Shown here one piece after another: positions 13,625 to 28,629 of a stretch of DNA of 64,000 bases (positions are counted from its first letter, which is position 1; each line of letters starts with the position of its first letter). Made by a program: the position numbers and the translations under genes. The notes beneath the pieces were generated by a model. It was not told where the DNA came from, searched no databases, and worked only from the letters and a program-made list of their open reading frames with translations. Location of the stretch: the NCBI RefSeq assembly GCF_009914755.1, contig NC_060930.1. The stretch is one strand, 5' to 3'. This DNA comes from the human T2T-CHM13v2.0 reference genome, Homo sapiens.

Positions 13625-13770
13625 AAAGCACTTTGTAGAGGTGCTCAAAGTACTTTCAGCATTAATGAATTCTTATAATACCCTTGTAAGAAAGAATGGA
13701 GGCAGAGATTATTCACCATAACTTACAGATGAGATCGAGGTGGAAGGATGCTGTCAGAAGATCAGCTGGT
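13625..13770 (-). mobile_element. MIR fragment
   Basis: 'caaagtactttc...ttcttataataccct...attattcaccataacttacagatgag'. Confidence 0.55.
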
Positions 13771-14733
13771 GTAGGTTTATGGTGCTCCGAGCCTTCCTGG
13801 GAGCTGGCTTCCCTACAATGTCTGCAGTAGGTGCACACGAACTGTAGGACCTATGGTCACAGGCCCACCCCCAGGTCAACCTTTGGTTGTAGCTTCACCA
13901 CTGCAGAGGGGGCATAATGACAGCTTACATAGTTGATTTCAGGAACTTTTGGTAGTTCTAATTGACTGCTGAGAATTGCACCAATTTTTAGCTTGGCATG
14001 AGCAAAAAGCAAACAGCTTGCTTGGGTTGCTAACCCTGACTGTAAAGCTTCGGCACAGTGGAAAGTCTCACACTGACAGGCCTTGGTGAGAGAACCACAT
14101 TTGCTCCTTATCTAGTAACATTTAAGGCTACGGTGGAGTGAAACGACGAGGATGAACGTAAAAGGCCTAGTACATTAAGGGATGAGGAGCATAGCACCAA
14201 CTCATCATTTTTAGTTCCCAGAACTTAATCAAGGATTCAGGCTTTCACACAGAACTCCCATTGGTCATTTCTTTTTAATCACTAATTATAAGAGAGATCA
14301 CAGATTAAATTTCCAAAGAGGAAAAATCCCTGATGACTTCCTGTAGTCAAGGTATTCACTTCAACGCAATTTATTACGGAAATTGAACTCTTCTGATGAT
14401 GATGGGTAAAAATAACCTTCAATTTCCCTTTTAGGTGTGTAGACATACAAGCAATCCCCACTTTTCTCAGCTTTGAATTTTGTTGCTCTCAGGGTTTAGC
14501 TGTTTAATAAAGACCTGGATGTCAACAGTTCGTACCAGTGTTCAAACAGATAAAGACAATACATTCAGAATAAGGATATGTAGAATAAAACACAGGGATT
14601 TCCCCAAATGGTGATTTGGGTGGTCTGGGGAAATTGTTCTTTTCCTGTAAGTAAGGACCATCTCATTATTTTGTGCTAAGCATAATGTCAGGCCCACTGT
14701 GCCTGGGAATATTTACACATTGGGGGGAATTAT

Positions 14734-15417
14734 TGTTGCTAGTGGAGAGTCTTGCCTGCAAGTTGTCCAGGTTCTTGGTATTTTGAACAAAGAATTAGAC
14801 AAATGCACAGCAAAGCAAGGAACAAATGAAGCAAAGAAAGCAGAGATTTATTGAAAGCAAAAGTACACTCCACAGTGTGGGAGTGGGTGAAGCAGCAGCT
14901 CAAGGGCCCCAGATAACAGAATCTTTTTGGGTCCAAATACCCCCAGAGGTTTCCCATTGGCCACTTGGTGGACATCTCATGTAAATACAGTGTTGGCCCG
15001 CAATCAGCATCCAGGTCAGCTTGGCTGCAGAAAGCAACCAATCAGGCTGAAGTGAAGTTACAAAGGTCATACTCCTAAACAAACATCTGATGGGCGGCGA
15101 AAAGCAACCAATCAGAGGCTAAAGTTACAAAGTTGCACTTCTATGCAAATGAAGACTTGGCCTGTAATCAGTCTGACTGGTTGCAGACAGCACCAATCAG
15201 AGGCTGAAGTGAAGATACAAAGTGACACTACTATGCAAACGTACTTTCAATTTCCCATCTGCCACACAGAAAAGGTTGGGGTTTGCAAAGGGAGTAGCCT
15301 ATGGTCCTTTTGTTACTCAGGTGTGGAATGTTGGGGTTTTTGTTTCAATTTAGTTCTAGGAAGTCAGTGTGAAACGGCCTTAGGATCCCTGCCTCCAGAC
15401 CCTATTCTCCCAACTGA
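14734..15417 (-). mobile_element. ERV1 solo LTR, MER51 family
   Basis: Reverse complement starts like MER51 ('ggagaatagggtctggaggcaggga...taaggccgtttcac'); repeated 'ccaatcagaggctgaagtgaag' units; 4-bp TSD ttat (14730-14733 and 15418-15421), typical of ERV1. Confidence 0.9.
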
Positions 15418-15690
15418 TTATCTCTTTTTCTATATAGCACCCACGTAGCCATCCAGCAAACATATGCTAAAGATAGTAGACTAGAGATGGACAGTCTGGC
15501 CCATGACGATGTCATTGAACAATTTAGTTATCCAACTCCAAAGCCTCTCTACCTCTGAACTCAGTTTATAATCTTTTGCATTTTTGGGGGTAATATCCAG
15601 GTTTGTTCAAGTGTGCTGTAAATTTTATGTTAACAAAACCTACCTTCCCTTTGGAAATCATGTAAGAAAACTAAAAATAAATGTTTAGTA

Positions 15691-15772
15691 AATATATATA
15701 TATATCGATAGATAGATAGATATACTAAACATATATATATACGTATGTATATATACACATTATATATATATA
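15691..15772. repeat. (TA)n/(TAGA)n compound microsatellite
   Basis: Directly visible next to the Alu tail. Confidence 0.9.
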
Positions 15773-15774
15773 AA

Positions 15775-16292
<518 letters not shown>

Positions 16293-16320
16293 TTTTTTTA
16301 TTTTGTCTAAAAAGATGCAG

Positions 16321-16639
<319 letters not shown>

Positions 16640-17856
16640 TCATACCACGTCTATGTTGGCTACTTCCAATCTCTTTCTTTAGTTGATTTTGTATTGATGT
16701 TGCAACCTCAAGGGAACAAACACAGGACATTCTCATGACATCTGACACAGGAAAGGGATTAGCAATGAATGTGACAATGTGAATATCATCTTAAAGCAGA
16801 TCCAGCCTAGTGAGTTCTTCTCAGCATTCTGGACACCCTACTAAATATGATTTCATGATACCTTACAGATTTATATTTTTTCTTTATAAAATAGAAAGTA
16901 AACTTTTTAAGACTGAATGGACTTTTCATTTTAAGGTGCAGTTAGTATATAAAGGTAAGGGAAGGGTACTTCCAAACACAATTTTAAAGTCATACTCTTA
17001 AAAACGATATTAGCAATAACCAAAGAGATCATTTGTGAACATCTCGTATACAGCTATGATAAATTGACACTCACAGAGGCATTACAGGGTTATAATTTTA
17101 ACCACAAAACATTCAATCAAGGTAATTATATTCTACTTGTCCACAGAAATAACTTATCAATAAAGAAGTAATGTAGACAGTCATGAACAGCATAAAAGAG
17201 AATTCCAAGGAGACAAAAATTACGCAATATTTCTATGCGAAAAAATTACCCAGAGATGTCCTCAGCCCCAAGTCGACAACCAGCATGGAGGACCCTATAA
17301 TGACCTGTCTCAGTCAGCTACATCAGGGCACCATAGTTCTGGTAACATCACTGCTTAACATAATCCAGTTGACTAGCCTTGTAGATTCTGTGCCTATAAA
17401 ACAACCATTGGATAACAATTGAGCTATCCAGAAAAATTTATCTATAAGTAGAGAATGTGCTGATGAGTAAACATTAGTATCTTCTCCCTTTGTTAGTTTT
17501 GGTTCTTATTCTACTTTAACCAACCAGTATTCCACCTTTTAAACAGAGTTATCTGATGAGTTTGACCCTCGTGATTCAGCTCTGCAAAGGCTGATGACTT
17601 CTGAATTCACCAGCGTTTGGGTTTCCACGCCTAAGAGCTTGAAAAAAAAAAGACTTTAGAACATGGGGACCATTCTGTCACCAGTGAGAAAACTAAACTA
17701 TCAAGATTAAGTCATGGAGATTTTGAGGTCCCTGTCACAGCAGCATAACTTGTAGCCTAATTCACATATACTACCTCATTCAATCCTTAAAAGGTCCTAT
17801 GCAGGTAGCACAAAAACAAAAAAATAGTAAAGTCCAAGGTGATATAAGCCAGATTG

Positions 17857-17884
17857 AAACAAACAAACAAACAAACAAACAAAC
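17857..17884. repeat. (AAAC)7 microsatellite
   Basis: Directly visible. Confidence 0.95.
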
Positions 17885-18449
17885 AGTGACCACATATTTA
17901 AAATGTGGAAAAAAGCCTAAAATAAAGGAATAACATCTAAGCAAAGGCCTGAAAGAAAACCATAATATGAAATATATTTTTAGTCTTCCCTGCAAAGAGC
18001 CAAAGAGCTTTGGGCAGTAGAATTCTGAGATGGGCCAGCAGTCAGGAAATTAGGAAGTTCTCAGATACAAGACAAAAAGTTCAAGGATGGGTAGAAATTG
18101 AGAGGGAAAGAAAAGTTATAATAAGGTCTCCTTTTATACTTTCTGACAAGACAAAAATTGACATTCTTTTTTAGACAATTGCAGGTTCAAGTGTGTTTAC
18201 AAGTATGGTTGCTCATATGTGTGGCCAGGGTGGGGGTACTTACGGGACAAACAGATTCTTCTCATTCATTCATACTTAAGATATGGATTTCTTGGCACAA
18301 ATAGGGTAGTGAGAAGTGAAATATTACTACAACCCTGTGTCTGCGTCTGACCATTTCTGCGGCTGTCACCATCTCCCAGTAGGACAATTCATTGTTACTT
18401 TGCACCTTCAAGGTCGTATTAGAGAAGAGGCAATAGCCAGGAAGGCTAG

Positions 18450-18810
<361 letters not shown>

Positions 18811-21800
18811 AAGACTGTACATTTTTCAAAGTAAAATCAAGTCAAGATGGAAACCAGGAAGGTTGCCATCCTGTACTGTTAAGAGCAAAATGAAGGTCTT
18901 GAGGCCAAAAAGTGAGTGCAGACACTCTAAGACTCCAAAGTCTCCAGGGTCTGGTAGTTTCACTATCAGGGGCCAGAAATGCAGAAATAACCCGATCCTT
19001 GGGCTAGGAATGCGCAACTGTCTAGTGCCATGGTGAGGGACTGCAGCCGTCAGTGTCACTAACGTGGAAGGGCGAAGGCAGTCAAGAGACGGAAAGAGGG
19101 TCTTCAGGAAATGATACTGATGAAGCAAGAACAGGGGGCCAGGATTCTAGAGGTGCAGCAGGATCCAAGTTTCCTGATAAATAAACCCCCATGAATGAAT
19201 GTTTTGTCTTGGAAAGCACTGTATGGTATAAAGACTCTACATTCCTGCATTTTGTCACAGGCCTCTAAATCCCCAACCTAGAGCACCTGGACAGATCTCA
19301 CTTCTTCACATGCAGATTCCTGAATTCAGTAAAAAAGCCAATAGGAATTTAATGACCTCATTTCGTAGTAATATTCCCAATACCAAACACATCCACTACC
19401 ATCGCCGTGTCTTTTTAAGAAAATAAATATGTGAGTAAATACAGAAACAGATGGATATTTTAAAAATACCTGACGGACAACAACAGTGAAAAGGATCAGT
19501 CACAGCAATAACTTAAGTGTGGGCTAATCTGTAATGGACATATGTATCCTAAGAAGACAGTGGCAAAATGTTTCTGATGTGAATTTAAAGTGTCTGAGTT
19601 TGGGGGCCTTCTCTGATTCTGCTCCTGATTTATATGCTGTCTCCAGAGCATGAGGGTACAAATGATTTCTTGAGGGCAGAATCTTCCTCTGCTCCCGCAC
19701 ACAAGGCTTTGTTACCGCAGGGCTGCTCTAGAGCACAGAGCCCCTGGCAGGATTCGTCTCAGGTGAAAAGAACATCAAAGCTGTTACTTTGAAAAAGACG
19801 CACTCCAGAAAACGCAGCACAGTATGGATTTTGCAACAGATCTCACACCGGGGAAAAATAAATCCAGCTCAATTATATTTGGGTCCTGCCTTTACAAAGG
19901 CTCATTAACCTCTAAATCATTCAAAAGATGTAAAGGAAGAGCAAAACGAACTACAGCTTTCCCTGCCAGCTTTTTTCAAGGTGAAATATTCTTGGTGTTT
20001 GGGTACCTGGAAAGGAAGAAATGTTTAAGGAACTCTGGTTCTCTGATATTGACACAGACAGGAAATTGGATGTATTTATCTATTTTAAGGAAACTGTCCA
20101 GTGTTATTTATTCTCCCCCACCACCCCACATCCTATGAGGTGAGTCAAGCAATTATTGAACCTCAATTCATGGTCGTTGAATACTATGAAAAAATGCTCA
20201 AATGTCACCTGAGACTGTGGGCTATATAATACAATTGAGTTTCTAATAAAAGTAAAAGAGAAATTGGCAAAGCATAGGAAAGCCACTAGTGAAGATCTAT
20301 ATGAGGCAATAAAGACAGCAGGGACGATCCTAAATTAAGAAGAGAAAAAAGGGAAGAAAATCAGAGGCCGTCCACAATACTGAAGAATGTAAGAACTGAA
20401 GATGATTCAGCAGATGACCTGAAATTTCCTCTGTCTTGAATTTTCAAGAAACAGAATGTGCTCTCCACACTCGTAAGTGGGTCAGAGGGTGTTCCCACTG
20501 CATGGATGGGCAAGCTGGCTGGCCGAGAGTTTGTCTCAAGGTTTGGCTCCATCAGACAAACAGGTGCACCAGCATTTCCCTCCACCATTCCCAAGGGCAC
20601 CTTCTTAGAAAATGAAATTTCATGCTCAGTCAAACTTTAGAAACATATGATTTAAACATATGCCAGTCTCTTTCTACATATTTGCAGCTTCGCAATTCTT
20701 CACCTCCCAGTCCCTTTCTTAAAATAGCTTGTGGTTGAAGCTAAAATGTTTAGTTGAATAGTCATCTTTTCCTCTTCTTATCTAGCCTATAGAAATCTCT
20801 CATGAGGAAACTGAGCAGCCACAAGAAAACTGAGTTAGTGACAATTTATAATGTGATATTTTGATGCCTGAGACTATTTTCAGAATTACAAGAAAATTTT
20901 CCTTTTCCAAACACACAGTCTTCCAGAAAAAAATCTACCACGGACCATAACCAATGAACACTGGCTGATTCACGTCTTGCCAGTCCCACTTTAAGAAAAA
21001 GAAAGAGAGACAGGGTATGTGAAAAAGTTATAAAGATAAAAATATCTTCGGAGGACATAAGGTAATAATCAATTTTTTTATTCACATAGGGTAAGAAATC
21101 TTTTCTATAAGGTGAAAAGTGTAAGAGACATAAACTGCCCAGAGTTACAGGATAATTAATTTACACTGATTATTTTACTAAAACACAAATATAGAAAGTG
21201 CTTGTGAAAAACATTATTTAGCAAAAAAAATCAAATAATTATAATGCTTTATGTACCCTTAAATTAGCAGCAATCCATTACAAACAACAGATTTTATATT
21301 AAGGGTCCCACATGAGCTTCTAATAACAAAGGTCACTTTTTACTAAGACATAACTTGTGGCTGCTCAACAGTAGAATTGGAAAGAAAGGCTCTTCTCTGA
21401 TTTTACCTTCCCAAACTGATGCATGCCAATGAAATAAAACGTTATCCTGCCAAATGCAAGCAACCCTGGGGGAGCTTTTCATTGATTAAGTAAGGTCTTA
21501 TTGTGATTGGCTCACATCGTTTCCTAGTATTTCACAATGTGTGTCTCCCAAATTTTCCAAATCCTTCCTAATTTTCGTCCAAAGTCACCTCAAGCTTCTA
21601 GAACCAGTGGAACTACTGTTCTCCATGACACCCTTCCTGAATAGCCTACCTCAAGCTCACCAGGCCCACTCAGCCACATCATAACTTCCATCTAACTGGC
21701 CCGCTATCATTTCTCTATAGGTAAGCCCTATCTCCTCAATCAAGGTCATTGAAATTAAGTGAAAATGATTGAAATGACCAAGGCATCAGGAACAGTAGTT

Positions 21801-22370
21801 TACAGTTCTTCCACATGCATACTGCAGGAACACAATATAAATTTCATGATAACAAGTGATCCTCTTGGGAGGAAGGAAGACTTGGTATCTGCCAGGAATA
21901 TGAGTGGTATCAGCCCCAGAAGAATAACAAGGTGACGGTGAGGACACACAAGACCAATTTCCCAATATTGTCAAGGAGAGTGTGGTCTACAAATGAATAG
22001 AAAGCAGCATTTTAAAAATGATATAGACTCAACTAGGAAATATCAGATTGTATCTCATAGAAAGAGTAAATTGTTTGCTGAAATCTTTGTTTCAGCTACA
22101 TATATGTGTGTGCTGGATCATGATGTGAAATCTATTTCTTACTCTGGGACAAGGTCAGAGAGGTTTAAAATGCACTGCTTTAATTTGTCTCAAAATGTGT
22201 TCCACAAAAAAGCAGTTCCACCAATGTGACCTGCAGAAAAGGGCTCCAAAGTCGATGATGTTCAAAAATAGTAGATTAAACCAAATTAAACAGATATTTT
22301 AAATGCCTGAATTACCAGGGCTTTTAAAATGTTAATATGATCACAAGTGTTCAAGGCTAGAAAATAGTAT

Positions 22371-23353
22371 TGATGCAGGATATTTTCTTGACCCCTTCAC
22401 AGGACCTGTGACAGAGCTGTCCCGTTTACTCAGCCCACCATGCTAAACCCCTCACAGGAGGGAGCGTGCAAGTGAGTGCAGGAACAAGCCTGCTCCTTCG
22501 GCACCAGCAGGAACAAACTCCAATTACTCACTTGGGCCTGCTGTGGCGCACCCCTTGCGGGAAGGAACGTGTAGGGAAGTGAGTGCAGGAAATGGTCAGC
22601 TGCTTTAGCCCCAGCAGGAGCAAATCATGTGTAGGCCCTGTGGCAGCATCCAGGTGGGGCTGACTGTGACCCAAAGGCCTCAGAGGGCATGTTACAATGC
22701 TCTCTTAGGTCTGCTGTCAGCAGACAACAGTGTGTTATCAGTTCAGCGGGCCCTTTGCCTCATGGAGTGCAGTGGCTTCCCTCTGCCAGTGAGGGCAAAG
22801 GGGCATTATAACAGCCTTTTGGGGTACCCGCACTTGTTGGGTCCTGAATTCTTGTCTGGTACACTGGAAGAATAAGGTTACCTAGACAAATGGAAGGATG
22901 ATTAATGCGGACAATTTTATTGAGTGATGAAAGAGGCCCTCAGCAGAGGGGGAGCTGGAAAGGGGATGGGAGGGGAAGGTCACTGTCCCCCGAAGTCAGG
23001 TTGTCTCTCTTCCTTTCTCCTCCGAGGCCAGGTTGCCTCTCTATGACATTCAGCAGTGGCTCAGAAGCCAATTCGCCTCTCCCCAATGTCCAGCCATTTC
23101 CCCTCTCTACCAGCTGAGCCTGGGGTCTTTATAGGCACAGGATGGGGGTGAGGCGAGCCATAAGTAGTTTGGAAAGGGCAGCTTCAATTGGTAAAAAGAC
23201 ATTATTCAGAAAGAACTACTCGGGAGAGAGCGGGTAAGCAGGGGTAGAAGCTCTCACTTTGGGCCATGGGTTCAGGCTTTTTGGCTTAAAGGTGGGGCTT
23301 TGCCAGGGACCTGCCTTGTCTGCCAAGAGTTTCTCTGCCTCCTGTCTCCATCA
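22371..23353 (-). mobile_element. ERV1 solo LTR, LTR27/LTR28-like (LTR1/MER52-related group)
   Basis: TG...CA termini ('tgatgcagg' ... 'ctccatca'); 4-bp TSD gtat/gcat; GC-richer than flanks; reverse complement begins 'tgatggagacaggaggcagagaaa...ccccacctttaagccaaaaagcctgaa' and has a TATA-like 'cctataaaga'. Confidence 0.82.
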
Positions 23354-24735
23354 GCATAAAGCTCATTCTAACTATATGGCCATGAAACCTAGGGCAGGTC
23401 GAGGAACTAGCCTCTCTCCCACCACACTCTGAAAAACAGTGGTCAAAGCCAGTGGTGCTGAAGACACCCGCATCGCCTCTGCATTTCCTGTCTGATTTCC
23501 CCTCTGACATATGACCGCCCTGCACAGCAAAGTCCATTCTAGATTACAGGGGAGTGCTCAGTAAGCAAGAAAAACACTGAAAATATCTGGGAGAAAAAAA
23601 TAATAAGAAAATGCCTGAAAATTTGGTTTCATGTTATAAGGAATGGAAAATTCATTTCAATTCAGTCCCCAAATCTAATATAGGTTTCTCAGGGGACCAT
23701 TTGTGAAGTAGATGTGTTACAATAAAAAATGTTAGTAGATCAAGAAAATACTGAATGGCCTACACTCTAGTGACACTAGTACAAAAGGAGAAAAAAAAAA
23801 AAAGGAAAAGAAATGAGATGAAGTGTGTTTAAATGGCACTTGCCCAGGTCTGGTTATTATCCTCAGCATCTGTTAGTTCTGCTGAACTGCATTTGCCTTG
23901 GTACTAGTCACTACCATTAAATTTAGACAGTCTAAAATAATTGTTATATGAAATACAAGGTAGATAATTTGTTATTTAAGCATCAGAAAGTAAAAGAGAA
24001 TCAGGTAGTAAAAATAATCAAAACAATTCATAATATTTTCTTTATGAACTCATGTACTCTTTCTTAATAGGAAGCCATGATTTTTATTTTTTATATGAAT
24101 GAAAACTTGATACACATATATTTTCTTTCTTTGATAGATATTCTCTCTCACCAGTATAAAAGGAAATAGCTTAATTGAAAAATCAGGTTACCAAAATGAA
24201 GGACATTAATTCAACTCTGGATTTCAGGTGATGCAAAAAAAAAAACAAAAAAATTCAAAAAAAGCACAAAAAGGACTCTGAAGATAATTTATGTACTTTT
24301 CAGCAAAACACCCACAACATGACTTCTAGACTCTATGGTAAATCAAAGATGGAAAAAAAATAAAACCTAAAAAAAAAAAAAACAACAAAATGACTTACTC
24401 AGCTGTTTCCATTGAAAAATTACTTCCCATTAGGAGATGAACAAAATGCAGCATTTGGTTAATCCCTGGCAGTGGCTTACCATTCTCTTAATACTTTCTT
24501 CTGCATCTACACAGTTCTCAGTCAGCACATATCTGATATTTTGCCATATTGCTATTTTAATTACAAAAAGCTAATCAAGTGAAAACTAATTTAAATAATC
24601 AAGTAAGTCAAGGGCAAATTAATCCTGATTCGTCTAATACAAGTTTATTACATCAAAATCCCTATCTACTCTCATCAGAGAATTTGGGATTGTAGTTGAA
24701 TTTTCTTTTTAAGCAGCACTATGAGACTACCAGGA

Positions 24736-24851
24736 ATACAGACAGAACTACTACTGAATTTCAACATCAGAGACAGCAAGCAGAATATCATAGATACAGA
24801 CAGAACTAACACTGAATTTCAGCGTCAGAGACAGCAAGCATAATATCATAG
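24736..24851. repeat. Tandem duplication, 2 x 58 bp
   Basis: atacagacagaacta...gcaagca(g/t)aatatcatag twice (24736-24793 and 24794-24851), 5 mismatches. Confidence 0.95.
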
Positions 24852-25518
24852 TTTTATAAAAGTGATCTCAGAACATTCATAGTAAAGTCCATCAAGCGGA
24901 AAAGAACAGAACAGAATGGTCTCAAAGAATTAAAATGTTGACTATTAATCTCAATGCCCAGAAAAACTTGCCTTCATCCAATTCTAAGGAGCCACTTTTG
25001 AAGTCCATCATAAAAGCCACATTCTGTAAATCTTGACACTGGCTCAGTGCTCAGAAACTTTCAGTTAAGAAAAAAAAAAAAAGAGTCAAGGGAAACACAA
25101 ATTTGGCTAAAGAAGGAACTAAAACCAAAACGTGATAAGTGATTATAAAACCATTTTCAATAAGATGCATAGAATAAGGTACAATGTCTAAAGAATGCAA
25201 AAGGATGGAGGAGCCCAGGGCAACTTGCTTCTTTAAAACCATTTGATTTCTTCCAAACAGACAAAATTCAGGGAAGGAATAGTGGAAATGAGGAAAATGA
25301 GTCATAAATATATGCTCTCACCCACATCTCATGTTTCCTTGGTTAGACTAAATATTTTAATATTTACATCCCTATGTACTGTATATATATTTTTGCTATG
25401 CCATCATAATCAAAACAACTAACACAGCAATATTGGATACCAATGACAGTCAAAGGCCACTGAATAGGCCACTGAATAATGGAATTGTATCTAATCGTCC
25501 AAAAGTAACATTACTTGA

Positions 25519-26058
25519 TGTGTTAGTCAGGGTTCCCTGAAGGGACAGAACTAATAGGATTGATGTATATATGAAGGGGAGCTTATTAGGAGAACTGACT
25601 CACACGATCACAAGGTGAAATCCCACAATAGGCCATCTGCAAGCTGAGGAGCAAGGAAGTCAGTCTGACTCCTAAAACCTCAAAAGTAGGGAAGCTGACA
25701 GTGCAGCCTTCAGTCTGTAGCTGAAGGCCCAAGAGCCCCTGGCAAATCACAGATGTAAGAGTCCAAAAGTTGAAGAACTTGGAGTCTGATGTTCAAGGGC
25801 AGGAAGCATCCAGCACGGGAGAAAGACGGAGGCCGGAAGACTCAGCAAGTCTGCTCTTTCATTTTCTGCTGCTGCTTTATTATGGCCACATTGGCAGCTG
25901 ATTAGATTGTGCCCACCCAGATTGAGGGTGAGTCTACCTCTCCTAGTCCACTGACTCAAAAGTTAATCTCTTTTGGCAACCCCCTCACAGACACACCCAG
26001 GAACAATACTTTGCATCCTTCAATCCAGTTAAGTTGACACTCAATATTAACCATCACC
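25519..26058 (-). mobile_element. ERVL solo LTR MLT2A (MLT2A2-like)
   Basis: Ends 'aagttgacactcaatattaaccatcac', the reverse complement of the MLT2A start; 540 bp; perfect 5-bp TSD cttga (25514-25518 and 26059-26063). Confidence 0.93.
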
Positions 26059-27588
26059 CTTGATTAGCAGACAATGTTCTCCCCCTTTGCACACAGGTGG
26101 AACAGAGATGGACATCACCCATTTGGGGTTTGTAAAGACTCCAGACCATGTGGCCCTATCTGGGAGCCTGATTTGTCTAAGCATCCCCTCGACGTTAGGC
26201 ACTCAGGTCATCTCAAGCATTTCCCCATTGCAAATCACATTTTATGAATACCTTTATACATCAATCTTTCATTTCTAGTTATTTCTTCATGGAAGAAGTG
26301 GAATAAAGAACTGAGTTAACAGGAATATTTTTAATCCTCTTGATACATTTTAATCTGGTTAATTAAAAAAAAACTACTGGCAAGCCACATTTTGCCAGTA
26401 TTTTGTTTTTCCTAATCTCGGATTACCTTCCTACTCTTTTTAGTCTATTCTCTTCTCCTCTGCCTCTTCCCCACCACACCCCTGTACCCTGTGCTCCAGC
26501 TCCAAGAACCCTTCCTGCACAGAAAAGACAGGATGGCACTTCGCCCTTCCATGCTAGCTCCTGGCTTTGTTTCATTTTCACATGTAATGCCTTCATGCCC
26601 TTCTCCTCTTGCTCTCTAACTCTCCTGATTACCCCCACCGAGAATGGCTCACTTCCTCATCAAGGTTACTAAGTGTTCTGTTCATGCCTCATTTGTAGCA
26701 AGCACAATTTACATTTTCTAGAAATATAAATTTGCCAAAAAGCTGCTCCAGCTAAAAGATGGTCTCTAAAAGTACTGACAAAAATGCAACTGGTACTGCA
26801 AGACCAGAGCTTAGAAAATGCTTCTGCACATAAAAGGCAATCTAAAGGAAATGCAATTAATACAGGGGAAATTCAAAAGACATCTTAAATGGCCTCAATT
26901 ATACTCTTTCAGGATAATTTATAATCTGCTAATGATAAAATGCAGATGGTGGACTATATTAATTTCAAAATGCTCTACCGCAGTTTTACTAGATATTTCT
27001 GGGACTATAATGCAAAACCAACCCGAGACACATTCAGAAAGACTTCTCATTCCCTCCAACTACAGCCAAGTTGAATTCCTTACTCTTGTTAGGCATGCAT
27101 ACTGTGGATCTCAGGTTTTAATGTTCTCTGTATTTTATCAACAGCTTGTCTTCCATAATAATAATACTTTCAGTCCTCTGGTCTCAACATTTTGTTGCAA
27201 CTTTGTTGAAACTTCTTAATTTAATATCTGAAATCATATTAAAGCCTTCTATGTTTCTTTGAGATTATTTTTTTGCTGGGAGTCTGCTGTTTTCAGCCAC
27301 CTATCAGAAGGTAACTCATGAAATAGAGTATAATTGTCAGGGTACGATAAATGTTTGGCATATTTTCTATGTAACTGATAGGAAATATAATACAAGGCTG
27401 TTAAATAATGAAAATTTTAAAAAGGAATACCATTAGGAAGGTTTTCTGTTTGGGTGATGGACGTGATCTATCATATAGTTCTAAATAATAAATTCAGTTT
27501 TCTGTCTCAACGGTTGTTCTCTTCTTTCTCCTCAGGAAATGTTACACGCTGAGCCTCTGTCTCCCAGAACAGTGCTCCTGAATATTGA

Positions 27589-27997
<409 letters not shown>

Positions 27998-28059
27998 GCT
28001 TGTTCCTCTTCTGCCTTCTTCCTATTCCTTTCTTTCCTCCTCCCGCCTTCATCCAACAC

Positions 28060-28440
28060 GGTTTGTGGTCCATGTTACTTGGGACTATTATAGTCTTCAA
28101 ACGAGTCTCGTATGAGCAGTCTCTAGTCCATATTCCACCCCTGTAGCTAGTGCGCCCATGTTAAAGCTCTATAGTGTTCACATTACTCCCCTGTTCATGA
28201 ATGCTCATTAGCCTTCCACTAACTACCATATTAAATCCCATCTCCACCTTGGCATTCAGGGCCATCCACATAACGCTAACCCTAAGCCTAGTCAGAGCCC
28301 ATTTACTTGTGTTTGTACCTCCTATTGTCCTCCCACACTCACCCTTAGAGCCCCTCTGAACCAGGCTCTGTGTCAAAAACACCAGGTGATTTGCTTACCT
28401 TTAGGCCTTTGCCTTGCCTATCTCTATCTATTAAATTCTG
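28060..28440 (+). mobile_element. L2 fragment
   Basis: Pyrimidine-rich L2 sense motifs 'ccttggcattcagggccatccaca' and 'ttaggcctttgccttgcc'. Confidence 0.55.
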
Positions 28441-28629
28441 CTGATCTTCTTATCGTAAATACTGTTTTCTATTGACTAATTATCTATGAGAATCACACAG
28501 ATACTCATACGTGAGCATTGCTTTTCTAGGATGCAACAGAACTTAATGTTTCTTATAGACCTGGCCATATTTTTCTTTTTTAGTAAGCTTTTCTATATAT
28601 TAGCAACACACACTTGGCAATTTAATTTT

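Noticed and set aside
14331-14396. Possible C/D-box snoRNA (TGATGA ... CTGA, 66 nt)
   Set aside because: No terminal stem, no convincing C'/D' boxes and no recognisable rRNA/snRNA guide. Such box pairs are frequent by chance.
24481-24551. Minus-strand open segment (IWQNIRYVLTENCVDAEESIKRM) ending at ATG|gtaagc, as a coding exon
   Set aside because: The acceptor is weak, the peptide is unrecognised, and no partner coding exons were found.
26818-27219. 133-aa ATG ORF in unique sequence
   Set aside because: No resemblance to a protein I recognise and no promoter evidence. This length can arise by chance in 64 kb over six frames. Ribo-seq or PhyloCSF would be needed.
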